Assembly (NCBI GenBank): GCA_030141605.1 | Contig: JAQGDQ010000849.1 | Location: 23,567-87,566 of the forward strand | Length of the DNA stretch: 64,000 bases | From: Tubiluchus corallicola | Taxonomy: Eukaryota > Animalia > Priapulida | Direction of reading: 5' to 3' | In this document: piece after piece, positions 39,281 to 50,633 of the stretch | Numbering within the stretch: position 1 is the first letter of the stretch | Layout of the letters: every line of letters begins with the position of its first letter | Program-made: the position numbers and the translations under genes | The notes under the pieces: model-generated | The model's database searches: none | What the model was told of the DNA's origin: nothing | The model's input: the letters and a program-made list of their open reading frames with translations, nothing else

Positions 39281-42200
39281 TCACTCTGACTGCAAACGAC
39301 TAAGTGTATCAGCGACTGGGTTTTGTGCAGCAAAAATATGCTCAATTGTGAAAGCATATTCGGCTAATTTAAGTGCCCAATGGCACAGACGGCGATTACG
39401 CTTGCGCATCTTATCAAGAGCAAGAAGACTTCGCTGGTCAGTGCGCAAAATGAATTCTCGGCCTTCTAAATAATAGCGCAGTTTTTCGATGCTAAATACA
39501 ACACTTAAGCATTCTAATTTAACCACTGAGTATCTTGTTTCCGGTGCGGTTAACTTTCTGCTTATGTAAGTAATCGGGACTTCCCCGAGACCGTCCTTCC
39601 GGTCCTGGGAAAGGACAGCACCGAGACCAGTAAAACTAGCATCTGTAGTTAATATAAATGTCTCGTCAAAATTGGGAGAATGTAGAACAGAATCTGAGAG
39701 ATAATCAGGTCGCTGGATATCATTGATAGACTGAGTTGCTTTGGCTGTTGGGAAGAATGCATATTCAGGAAGACTGGACTCTTCTACTTGTCCAGCACCA
39801 ATCTTGACCCAGTCATTTTCAACCTCTTCCCAATTAATTTGTGCATTGTCTTTGCTCTCTGCATAGAGGGCTAGGAGAACTAGTTCTTCTTCTCTATCCA
39901 CATAAGGTTTTAAACGATTTATGTGGCAGATACGACAGTCTCTTCTCTTGCCAGATTTTCCGATTTTTACTTTGTACGTGTAATCCGAGATTTTGTCTAC
40001 AATAGGATAGGGTCCACGCCAGGTAGATAACATTTTGCTGCCTTTCTTAAGACGTTGCAGCATTACCTTATCACCGACTTGGAAGTTCTTTTGTCTAGTC
40101 AGCTTATCGTACCATCCCTTTTGAGCCAATTTGGCTGCCTCGAGAGACTGATGAGCATCTTCCAGTGTCTCATCTAGTGTATTTAGTATTCGAGTCACAT
40201 ACTCATCCACATCTTCGAGGGCTGGTGGCTTTTCACAGCCCCATCGCTCTTTCAGCATAGAGAGAGGACCACGGAGAGGATAGCCGAAAACTAATTCGTT
40301 TGGCGAATATCCTGTGGATTCCTGAGGAACCTCCCTATAGGCAAATAAGACAAAAGGTACAGCTTCATCCCAGGGAAGATTCGGTCGATCTTGTACAAGA
40401 CGTCGAATAGAGTGTTTCAGGCTTTGGTTATAACGTTCACAAAGCCCATTAGTAGATGGTGCAAATGCTGAGGTATAGATTCCTTTAACTCCAAGCTCCT
40501 GCTCTAATGAACAGGTAAGTGCAGAGGTAAACTGTGTACCTTGGTCTGTAAGGATCTCACGCGGTATGCCATACCGACAACAAAATTGCAATACTGCCTG
40601 GAGGACTGTTTTTGTTTCAATGTTGGGCAAAGGATAACAGTCTGGATAACGGGTGGCATGGTCAATGAGTACAAGCGCGTACTTATTTCCAGCAGGAGTG
40701 CGATCTAGTGGACCAATGAGATCCATAGCCACACGATAAAATGGCTGAGATGGAATGGGTAATGGCTTAAGTGGGACTTTATCAGATTTACGTACTCTGG
40801 CAGTTCTTTGACATGCAATGCATGAACGACAATACTGGTGAACATTTCTTTTCACATGTGGCCAAATGAATTCCTGTAGGACACGATGTGTCGTTTTATT
40901 AATTCCTAAGTGGCCAGCCGTTCGAGCATCATGAGCAAGTTCCAAAACTTGTTTCCGCAAAACTTTTGGCAAAACAAGAAGCTCACGGGGTGGAGAAGCA
41001 TTCCGCTGTTTGCACAGGTAGTACAGAACGCCATTGCGGAGAAAATAGCCTTTACCATTGCGTCTCGCTTCTTTAAGTGTGACCGCATGATCAATCAGAT
41101 TGCGAAGTGTGACGTCTTCAGTTTGCTCCGTTTTCACCTGCTCTAAGGGTATATCTAGTAAACTGTTTTGCACTGCATTTCCAGGAGTAAAAACTTCTTT
41201 TTGCAGTTGTTCATCACGTTTTTCTTCTGCCTGAAGCTTAGCAGCTTTAGCTCTCGTCACAGCAAATCCTGTCTCACTTAGTTTCCTTGTGTCATCAAAG
41301 GGAGTTGCAGTGGTAGGCACAGGAATTTGGGGTCTTCCTTGCATTTCTGGTGCTTCTGGTTGGTTCCGTTTATTTTGAGGGTCAACATCAGTTTCTGAAG
41401 AGAAAGGTTTCAGCGCTGAAAGGTAATTATTTCCTAACAGGAAGTCAGCTGGTAAGTTATCTACTACAGTTACTGTGAGACAGCCAGATATATTTAGCGA
41501 AGGGCACATGATCTCTATCTCTGCCACTTTACATGGAGCCTTATGTCCGTGGATACATAACAGGGACTTCGGGTCTTGTTCTAGATATTGTTCTTTTTTA
41601 ACAAAATTTGGATGCAGCATTGACACATTAGCACCACTGTCACGTTGCCCAGTAATTGGTTTGCCATTAATTAGAGCTTCAAACATATATGGCAGCGTGT
41701 CTTTGGGAATGTCTTTCCATTTCTCCCTATTGACGCTTTGAGTCAATTCAACATCACTGAAAAGCTGCCTATTCGGCTTACCTAATTTTCGGCATTCAGA
41801 ACGTCTGTGTCCTGGCTTGCCGCAACCATAGCAGACGATTCTTCGAGGTTCTCCTTGATCTGCATTAGTAGTAGGTGCTGCGCTCTGCTTCTTCATCATA
41901 GGCCTAGTGGCAAACTTGCCCGGCCTCCTAAAGTGGTCGAGGTTTCTCCCCATATCTTGGTAAGAAGCAACATATTTATCAGCCAGAGTTGCCATTTCCG
42001 TGCCTGACTGAGGTTCTTCTCGACGTAGCCATGTAGTTAAGTCTGTGGGCATCTTATTCATCATTTGTTCCATGGCAATTAGTTGGAAGAGCTTAGGGTA
42101 AGAGTCAACAGCGTCCATGGCCTCTACATAATCAGTTAAGGCTCGTTCAATCTTCAAGAAAAATTGTCGATATGTTTCATTCTTTGACTTCTCTAAAGTT

Positions 42201-43114
42201 CTGAAACGTTTCCTGTACACATCAGTACTCAAGATGTATGCATTAACCAGTGCTTTTTTAACTAGAGAATAATTTTTGACGTCGGTTCGAGGAAGTTGCT
42301 GGTAGGCGTTCGCTGCCCTGCCAGTAAGAGCTGGCCCTATGCACGCGGACCAATATTCTTCTTCAATTCCATTGGTAACAGCGCAAGTCTCGAACCAGTC
42401 CAGGAACTCATGTATATCTTCCTTGTCTTCATAGTAAGTTCGCACTTTCATGCGTTTGCAAGGTGCGCAAGAAGGTGCAGTGGGGGTGGAAGCAGCAATA
42501 TGGCTCAACACAGGCATACTTTGATGCAAAGAAGTAGTGGGGGCAACCTCAAGTTTACGCATTTCTAGTTGCACAATTTGCTGTTGCAACTGGAGAAATT
42601 CTTTTGCGACTTCGCCATCCAAGGTAGATAAAGCCTCTGCGGTTAATTCAGGAAGCTTAATTGGCTTTGATTCCACCTTAACGTCTCCTAACACTGGCCT
42701 TGGTGCGACAGTAGTCCTTTGTGGGGCGGATCCAGGTTCTTGAGCGCCGCGAAGCTCTGCAGCGACAGGCGTCCCCGTCGAAACTATGAGCTTGTTCGTT
42801 GGGCGTGTACTTTGACCTTGGTCAACGAGACCTGAAACAAAAGACTGGGTAGACCTTTCAATGGCGCCAGCGACTCCGTCTGGCGTACGAACAGTGTCAA
42901 CGTTTACACCTTTTACATGGCCCGGTGTTAGAGGTAAGTCTGAAAATTGTTGCCCTTGTTCCATTGTTTTATATGCTTGCAAAATGTGTTGTATGTACTG
43001 TGTTTTAGTTGTCTTGTTCGGGTCTAAAAGTAACCCTAATGTATTAGCTACTTCAATTAACTGTGGTTTGTTTAATTGCTTAAGATCGGTTTCAGTGTAC
43101 AGCCGTGGTTCCAT
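39281..43114 (-). CDS. Gag-Pol polyprotein: SCAN-like capsid, CCHC knuckle, protease, integrase, RNase H; no RT
   Basis: EQMMNKMPTDLTTWLRREEPQSGTEMATLADKY (SCAN-like), CYGCGKPGHRRSEC, RDSGA, HDARTAGH..CIAC, MDLIGP/TDQG/NGLCER, WRGPY, then TDAS..E..TD..ADTLSR. No YxDD motif is present. Confidence 0.93.
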   Translation of the reverse strand: MEPRLYTETDLKQLNKPQLIEVANTLGLLLDPNKTTKTQYIQHILQAYKTMEQGQQFSDLPLTPGHVKGVNVDTVRTPDGVAGAIERSTQSFVSGLVDQGQSTRPTNKLIVSTGTPVAAELRGAQEPGSAPQRTTVAPRPVLGDVKVESKPIKLPELTAEALSTLDGEVAKEFLQLQQQIVQLEMRKLEVAPTTSLHQSMPVLSHIAASTPTAPSCAPCKRMKVRTYYEDKEDIHEFLDWFETCAVTNGIEEEYWSACIGPALTGRAANAYQQLPRTDVKNYSLVKKALVNAYILSTDVYRKRFRTLEKSKNETYRQFFLKIERALTDYVEAMDAVDSYPKLFQLIAMEQMMNKMPTDLTTWLRREEPQSGTEMATLADKYVASYQDMGRNLDHFRRPGKFATRPMMKKQSAAPTTNADQGEPRRIVCYGCGKPGHRRSECRKLGKPNRQLFSDVELTQSVNREKWKDIPKDTLPYMFEALINGKPITGQRDSGANVSMLHPNFVKKEQYLEQDPKSLLCIHGHKAPCKVAEIEIMCPSLNISGCLTVTVVDNLPADFLLGNNYLSALKPFSSETDVDPQNKRNQPEAPEMQGRPQIPVPTTATPFDDTRKLSETGFAVTRAKAAKLQAEEKRDEQLQKEVFTPGNAVQNSLLDIPLEQVKTEQTEDVTLRNLIDHAVTLKEARRNGKGYFLRNGVLYYLCKQRNASPPRELLVLPKVLRKQVLELAHDARTAGHLGINKTTHRVLQEFIWPHVKRNVHQYCRSCIACQRTARVRKSDKVPLKPLPIPSQPFYRVAMDLIGPLDRTPAGNKYALVLIDHATRYPDCYPLPNIETKTVLQAVLQFCCRYGIPREILTDQGTQFTSALTCSLEQELGVKGIYTSAFAPSTNGLCERYNQSLKHSIRRLVQDRPNLPWDEAVPFVLFAYREVPQESTGYSPNELVFGYPLRGPLSMLKERWGCEKPPALEDVDEYVTRILNTLDETLEDAHQSLEAAKLAQKGWYDKLTRQKNFQVGDKVMLQRLKKGSKMLSTWRGPYPIVDKISDYTYKVKIGKSGKRRDCRICHINRLKPYVDREEELVLLALYAESKDNAQINWEEVENDWVKIGAGQVEESSLPEYAFFPTAKATQSINDIQRPDYLSDSVLHSPNFDETFILTTDASFTGLGAVLSQDRKDGLGEVPITYISRKLTAPETRYSVVKLECLSVVFSIEKLRYYLEGREFILRTDQRSLLALDKMRKRNRRLCHWALKLAEYAFTIEHIFAAQNPVADTLSRLQSE

Positions 43115-43745
43115 GATAAACAATTACGTAAACAACCGGAACAAGAAATTGTTAAACCACGAGCGCTATCAAAGTGCCAAGCAAGTGTTACAATACAACG
43201 TCTAATGACTCCTGTTTTAAAACCAACAAAACACGTGCGCAGTAGTTTTTACTAATGACAATGAAGACTGCCAGGGCCTGCCTTCCGCCGTAGCTCATTA
43301 GAAATAAACTATAAGCACAGTGACGTAATATTAATTAACTGACGCAAACAAAGCGTTTCAAGGCTTGCTGTAAACAAGGATCGAGTCAGTAAATAAATTG
43401 TGCAAAGATTAAAAGCGAAGCAAACTGGCTATAGACCTTAATGTCAGACAACATACTATACAATATACTGAAAACAAGATTGAACTGGGCTTCTTTAGCG
43501 CAGTATAAACAGGAATTATTTATCACTGAACTGCCCAAGGTCTGATAACCTTGACGGACCAACAAAATAATTGCGGAAGTACATGCAAAATTTACACAGC
43601 TAAACCGGTCTAGTCATTTGCAAATAAAGGACAAATTTAAGCTACAGTGTCTGTAAACGCTAGCCGAACAGGAAAAGAACATAATTTATCACTAGACAAA
43701 CGTAAACGTTGTTTACAAAAATTATGTCAGCAGAGCCACTTTAAA

Positions 43746-43756
43746 TTCTGACACCA
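43746..43756 (-). other. Primer binding site, tRNA-Leu type
   Basis: TGGTGTCAGAA starts 2 nt inside the 5' LTR boundary and matches 11 nt of the tRNA-Leu PBS TGGTGTCAGAAGTGGGAT. Confidence 0.8.
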
Positions 43757-43758
43757 TT

Positions 43759-45003
43759 TGTGATATAATGTGTGGTGTACCACCTATGATATAGGACGCT
43801 TTCGTTACGACACCACAAACACGTTTTTGCTACTAATTTCCGATATGTGCTGACACGTGGGTTCAGTGAATCTTTCCATTTAAGCATAGTTCACAGGCAT
43901 GTATACAGAATAGAAGCAAATAAAACAGGTTTTAATAATACCGATAAATTCTGTGTTTAATGAGATAACAAGTAAAAACAATTTACTTTAAATCAAAACA
44001 ATAACAAACTTGTTATAATTATAAACGACGTTTCTAGTTAACTCATGACAAACAGAAGACTAGTTAGCCCCAACCCAGGTGAGGGAGAAGGATGTAAGGT
44101 AAATATACTTATCAGTTGTAGTGAGTGCAGTCGGAAGCTGTCGGATTCTAACGTTTGACGTTCTCCATCACTCTGGAAGCTGGAATAACGTGACTAACCG
44201 GTTATGCGAACTTCGTGGAATCTTGAGCAGTTACTCTTTCAAAGCTCAGCAGGGGGTGGAATCTTACGTCGCCACTTCTACAATGCTTGTCAGGTGTACC
44301 GAAGTCGTAAGTGGTTACTTCACCAATCCTAGTGGAGTGCAGTGGAGTCCTGACCCGTGGAGCTCGCGGAACTACCATTGGTACTACGTCTGGTCATAAC
44401 CTGGTTGTTTCTGCACCAGATCTCCGGAACTTCTGAACAGCCAGTTTATCGGTGTTTCCGCCTCACGGCTCGAACACCTAACCCTTTGGTGTGTCAGTGC
44501 CCTTTAATCACTTTCTATCTCCACAATAATTAAGACTTGACTTCGATTACTAATGAATGTTCGCCGGAAGCCATATTCGACGACTTCACTGGCTTAGCAC
44601 GTTCGACACACTGTGTTGAACCTAGCTTTAATTTCTAGAACAGGTAAAACTGGATGACCTTGTCCTTTAACACGACGATTCATTGGCCAGATAGCCTGTT
44701 CAGTTGGGCGTATGACCAATCACTTACTTTCTTGTAAAGGAGATCTAGGACAGGTATGAGGTGGGACCCTTCCCAGAGCTAACTATGTGCATGCTCATAT
44801 ATGTACAGTCACAACTTGCTTTACTGTAGTAGGTAAATTCGCTTAATGAGTAATTAACTAATGACTCATTCAATCAACATAAGTAATTAGCTAACTTAAG
44901 CTATTAATGCAACAAAATCATACTAGAATACAGTTCAACTATATTAGAAGGGGTTCCAATGCTGCTCGGTAGTTCTTATATTCCAGACTGACGTCACGGA
45001 CGT
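43759..45003 (-). repeat. 5' LTR of the Gmr1-like element (outer 4 nt missing)
   Basis: Matches 37282-38525, then diverges (ACCAAG instead of CACA). Confidence 0.93.
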
Positions 45004-45385
45004 ACCAAGTTTCTTGAGGAATTAGGGTCGTCCCGAGTGTAGGATTTAGTTGACACTATGAAACATGCTTTGAAGAATTGCTGTTTCTTAGCGAATTAGC
45101 CAGATTAAGTTTTTCAGCAGTTGCCCATTTTTGGATGTCATCCGACAGCAAGCGAGACAAATAACTAGCCAAGGATGAGTCCATTGAGAGAGCAAGAGTC
45201 AAAGCATTCATCACTGGTTCATATTTTCCCTGATTAGTTGTCAAAGCCATCCACGATTTGGGCTGTGGTATTTTTAGCCATCTCCTAAAGATCGGATAAC
45301 CGGACTCTATGTACACCAAATCATTACAAGTAGATGTTCTCACCCCCAGTAAATAGTTCATTAATTCCACTAAATTTCTTTGCAT
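45004..45385 (-). mobile_element. LINE ORF2 C-terminal fragment
   Basis: YLLGVRTSTCNDLVYIESGYP resembles the K.LLGV..ST.N..VY.E.G motif of CR1/L2-group ORF2. Confidence 0.7.
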
Positions 45386-45678
45386 TACATTATATCTTCA
45401 GTTTCTGACTGTTCATGATAGATACAACGCTGTACAAGTTACAACTTCCGTGGCGCAGTAGTTTGAATGCAATAACCCACATTGCACAGCATTGCAGCTG
45501 CATGCTTACACATTACACTACATTTTATTGTATTACATTAATTTTTCAGTTTCTGGCCAATTCATATGATACACAACAGTGTACAAATTACGACTTTCGT
45601 GCACTCATGTTTAATATCGTACACTACATTATGTTATGTTATTACGTCTTCGTTCAGTACGTATTTACGTTAGACAAG

Positions 45679-46965
45679 TATCACCTTCTTATTTTAAATA
45701 CCTAATGTTTCCGTTAATCTTGATCGTATAGTGTAAGGTGACTTAAATCTATATATCGTATAGATTGAATTTAATATGTCCACTTAATTTCTAATTGCTA
45801 TAAGGCGAATTCTCCACCTGGCTCCGAGGGCTTTAGATATTAGTCTAGCAAGCAATGATCGTCTTATCTAAACTTCACCTTGACCTTCGCGTTGTGAGAA
45901 AAGGTCTATTTCCCTCAAGTTTCCTAGCAACGCTCCCGCAATATGAGCGCTAGTTAATTCAAAGCGAACTAATCAGATTCGTATATCGGAAATAGTGTTG
46001 CTTGAGTTAAACACTCTAATATCATACATTAACTCAATCGTTAAATGTCAAAGAGAATTACTTTATTGATTTACAATAATTACTGCTTCTAGATAGCTTA
46101 CAAGATTAGTTCTTATGCGCTTTTGACGCGTACAACTAGTTTATAGCTTCCAAAAGTATCTCTCTGAACAATTCTTCAATTCTATCACCTAAGGTGTACT
46201 CTACACTTATCCTATAGTACAATGTGAACTTGTACGAACTACAGATATGCACAGTTAATTCTCAGTTTACCAATGTGTTAAGATTACTTAACTCTGCGGA
46301 TTTGACCACAATGTACCCAGTACAATTTGGCCAACTCCAATAGTTGATATGAAACTCTCGTTGTCCAGTGCCTAGATTATCCTAGGAACGCAGAAAGATG
46401 TCTACGCTGAACTTCTCAAGTTGTCCCAATCTCCTCTGTCAAGTAGCCCTCTTGTGTGATTCGTCACACACACACACGTGTCTCTTCCAGTACGATCGGG
46501 TGGAACGAGCGCTGGGTTATTCGAACTCATGGCTTATATCTCATCGAAGTAACCTCGTAATAACCTTGCACGATTTCAACGTCGCACGCAACATTTAGAT
46601 TTATTGGACAGCTGGGAGGACAAAGTCATCGTAACCCGTAAAACTCATCAGTCCTCTTTTCTTCAAGAAACAGTGACCTCGCAGAGTTTTCGTCAATTAC
46701 TAGTAACTTGTGCATATAGCTTATAATAAATGGTACACCCGTTTCAACCTAATATTAGCTAATTATCCTGAGCATCCTAGAGTGTCCTTACGTAAACGAT
46801 AAATTTTACTTCTTGCATCCTACGCTTTCACAGCTCATTAAATTCGAGCTTAACAGCTGAATGAGTTCCATTGCACCATTTTTAAATTTATTCATGCAAT
46901 CAGGGAGGCATGCGATTTCATACCAAAATATCGAAAATCATCGATTTATAATTTTATTCACCACA
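45679..46965 (-). repeat. 3' LTR (TGTGG...GATA on the minus strand)
   Basis: Direct repeat of 57297-58583, with about 17 substitutions seen by eye. Confidence 0.96.
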
Positions 46966-46979
46966 ACTTTCCTCCCCTA
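46966..46979 (-). other. Polypurine tract
   Basis: TAGGGGAGGAAAGT directly precedes the 3' LTR on the minus strand. Confidence 0.9.
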
Positions 46980-47445
46980 ACACTCACTTCAGATGTAGCA
47001 CGCATTTAATGATCCGATCTAAGATCTTATCTTTTGGAAGCTCCTTAATTAGGTACATTAGCAATATTACATGTTACATCTTAATATATTATGGGACGTT
47101 CCATCTTGGAGGTCATGGTGGCAGGATACCATTGTCCATCGAGTCTCTTCGGCTTCCCGGACCGGGGTTGTGATTCCATTGATCTCTTGAGATTCTTCCT
47201 CAGATACACCCCTTATTGTCTTTACCGACTTCATCTTCTTCCCGCCTTCCATCTCCAATGGTCCCATCATTCTGTAACATAAAATACATTCTGCAGTATC
47301 ATAAGTTCATTAAATATCATTTCTTATACAATTATTTACATCGATCCCTCTATACCTAATTGGGTGGTTCCTCTACCATCATCCAATATTACCAGCCTGT
47401 TATGTATATACTAAACTACAATTTTAGTATTATGTCCATCCTCAA

Positions 47446-49699
47446 TTATATTTCTGTGACCCGTTCGATCCTTCTCGGGTTAGTTTTTCGGGCAGCGGGT
47501 TGAGGTATCTCCCTCAACTCCAGCTCCTCAGGGTCCTCAACATGCTGTCTAGTCCTTTTAACCTTAACCCTGGGTTCCTGTTCTTCAGGAGTCCCAGAGG
47601 GCATGTGTCTTGTCACCTTAACAGGTTGTTCGTCGTCAGTCGGGGTTTTGGTATACCTAGTACCTATTCTAGGCATCAAAGAATTTAAAACCAAAAGGCC
47701 ACTTCTCCTTTTCCAATAGCAGATTACTCCTACTATCAGGAGGACGGCCACTATAACCCCTATTAAGACCCATTTTCTAAAACCCGTTAGCCAATCTGTG
47801 GCTCCCGTCTCGTTCAACGCTTGTCGTTGTCGTTCAAGTCGTTCCCCATTTTGTTCCATGGAGGTTTTAAGGTCGTCTAAGGATAAATTGAATTGGTCCC
47901 AAGTCTGGTGTGCTTGTGGTTTCACATATTCGGGGATCATATCTACCGTACCGGGAGTTATGTTCTGTAATTCACTCAATTCTCTATAGAACCTCTCAAT
48001 CATCTCACTCGTCGGCAACTCAATTTGGTCTTCTTTCATCCGTATTTGTGAGTTCCGGTAATAATAGGTGGGTAGCTCAAAAGACCTTGAGTGTACCTTA
48101 CACCCATTCCCAATGACTATTAATTTAGGTTCTTTTAATCCTCTCTTCTGAGGATGTTATTCTGTTAGTTCCAGGGCTTGGACAGGTATATGTAATCAAA
48201 GTCTCACTAAATGGAGATACATACCAAGTCCCGGCAGTAATATAGGTCACAACTACCTCTGGGTGTTTTATTACTTTTACCCTACGCTCGCAGGCTTCTA
48301 ATGTCTTATCGGGCCGGTTATGAAACAACACGGCTGGACATGCCGTTGCGTAAGCAGTTGACCTTACTGGTACTTTTAATTGGCACGGTTCTCTACTCCT
48401 ATCTAAACATAACTCCGTATCATGATTCTCGGGTAAGAAGAACTTCGTTCTTTCTATATTGATACCAAAATATTTCCTTCCTGGATCAAGGTAAATATAG
48501 CCCGAAGAATTCGGCATTATCATTGGTATAGGTGCAATCTGAAATAAGTCGAACCTATCTTGATCAGGCTGCAGCGATATGAGGGCTAGCACCGCATATC
48601 CTTCGGCTGTAGCCAATAACATGACTTCCATAGTCTCGTAATAATATAGTAAATCTCCTTCCGGCCTTTCCGGTAAGGACAAAGTACTAGGTAATGCCTT
48701 CTGTATCTCGTACAGTGTATCTCGCAACTGTGCAGGTCCTAATAAGAGAGGTGACATTGTGCCTAACAATAAGGTAGACAACATATCCATTGTCTTATGC
48801 ACATTATCAGTCAACCTTCGCATTGTATTGGAAATACGCTGCATCAGTGCCATTATTTCAGTTAAAGCTACCATCTCATGAGTCATGATCTGGGCGTGGT
48901 ATGCAAATTCCACTTTAAGATCAGCTAAATTATATTTCAGGTCGGCAGTGTCATTCTGTAATAACATTATATGCCTTGTATTCTCCTGACTCTGGATGTG
49001 CGTATAATTAATTAAAGTCACAGATTTTTCAAGGATGTGCTGCATAGATTCTTGGGAGGCTTGTATCAGATTTAGCTTTCCGGCCAGGGCTTGTATGTCT
49101 TCCTCGGTTGCAGTTCCGGTTAGGGCTTTAGAGATTTTCCCTAGAAAGGGAAGTAAGCTTCGCCTCGATCGGCTTCCTCTAGCCCAACCGTCTAGATTCA
49201 TTTCGGATGAAGGTTCAAGCCTGGACTTATCCTTGCTTGGGGATAGTTGACGGTTTCCTGCTCTCTCAGAGGCCAGAAGATGCGCTATATCGCTCGTCTT
49301 TTGCTCTAGCTCTTGTATCTGAGCCAGATATGTGGAAGCAGTAGTGTTTACCAACACTGTAATGGCTTCCAGGAACCTATCCTCCTGATACTGGGTAGTG
49401 TGGGGTTCATCCACACGTTTAGCCGGGTCCCAAGAATGATTTCTTAGTATAATCATTTCTCGCTTTAAGGCTTCCAAGCAAAGTTCAACTGGGCTAATGT
49501 TCAATTGCATTAATAGGGCCCATCTAGATTGAGATACTTGGACTTCACCTCTACGTATAAAGATTGCTCCGGGACTCGTTACTACATTGGCTTCACAGAG
49601 TACCAACATGAGACTCCCGAACATCCACAGCACTATTCTGGATTCCATATTCTGAAAAATAGGCCAAAACATCATAGCCTTGAAAAAGTCTGGACCCAC
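47446..49699 (-). pseudogene. env: env: class I fusion protein, baculovirus F/errantivirus type, split by one frameshift at ~48133
   Basis: Signal peptide (MESRIVLWMFGSLMLVLCEA), furin site and fusion peptide RSRR|SLLPFLGKISKALTGTATEEDI, heptad region, Cys-rich region, TM WVLIGVIVAVLLIVGVICYW and a cytoplasmic tail. Removing one A from ATTAAAAGAACC joins the 524-aa and 197-aa ORFs (IKEPKLIVIGNGCKV...). Confidence 0.9.
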
Positions 49700-50633
49700 T
49701 GTACGTTTAACTCAATTAATTATTCTCTTATTCTTCAGGTTAGGGGACTTTCCTCCCCCTAGAGTAGCCCTAACCTCTTTCATGAAATTAGTAAGCTATT
49801 AAGTTCCAGCCTTACTATTCATCCTTAGATCTGCTGCGCGTAGGCAGATATTAGTTCCCAACCCAATTAGAGGTTAAGCATATCAAGAGTTCATAACTAT
49901 ACTAAACCGCTCGCTAACAGCTTCTGATCTACCTAATTTAATCTTTAAATTTATCCCGCATGCGTTGCCTTCAATTCTATTTGAATCAAGGATTTTTCTC
50001 TTTTACATAGCGTTGCGCACATTTATACTTCCGAAGCAATGCTCAAGATATTTGGCCTTTATCAATGGCTACTTATATCTTATGTTAACCACTGTGCACG
50101 GTGATTGGCAAACACTGCTCTCGGTAGCATACTCCACTATTTTTATGTCTCAAAGCTTTATTATTTACTTATAGGTCGGGTTCCTATCTGTTCGCATTCT
50201 ATTCATTCCAACCACTATTCTTTACTTTAACCTCACTTTATACTGCGTACTATACATATTTTTCCTTTTAAATTATTTACCTAGGTTTTTCTTTAAGTAT
50301 TCCTCATTTTTATTTTATTTTCCTCTAGACCAAGCTTTGACAGTATTCTTCAGTGACCCCTATATAACACAGCGTCCCATGTTAACAGTTGCACTTATGC
50401 GTGCTGCCCTCTGTAGTCCAACGAGTCAGCAGGCCTGCCTGACTCCGTCGACCACGCTTGACCTGTCTTCTTATTTCTAGTTACATTTCCTATACTGCGC
50501 TGTTCACTACCTTAGCTGAGAGATGCGCTACGACTCCTTTTGTGCCCTCAGGCACTTAACTTTCACTTTCTCTAAAATTCTACTTAGGAGGTCGTTACAC
50601 TAATGCGAACACCTGTACTCTATTTTAAAACTT

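Larger units (their letters stand above)
37282..45003 (-). mobile_element. Gmr1-like Ty3/gypsy LTR retrotransposon lacking RT (non-autonomous)
   Basis: Two ~1.25-kb direct repeats, PBS, and a single gag-pol ORF with order Gag-PR-IN-RH. Confidence 0.93.

Noticed and set aside
46614-46656. Hammerhead ribozyme in the LTR (minus CTGATGAG with GAGGA/TCCTC stem)
   Set aside because: No GAAA core, no convincing stem II, and no valid NUH site in register.
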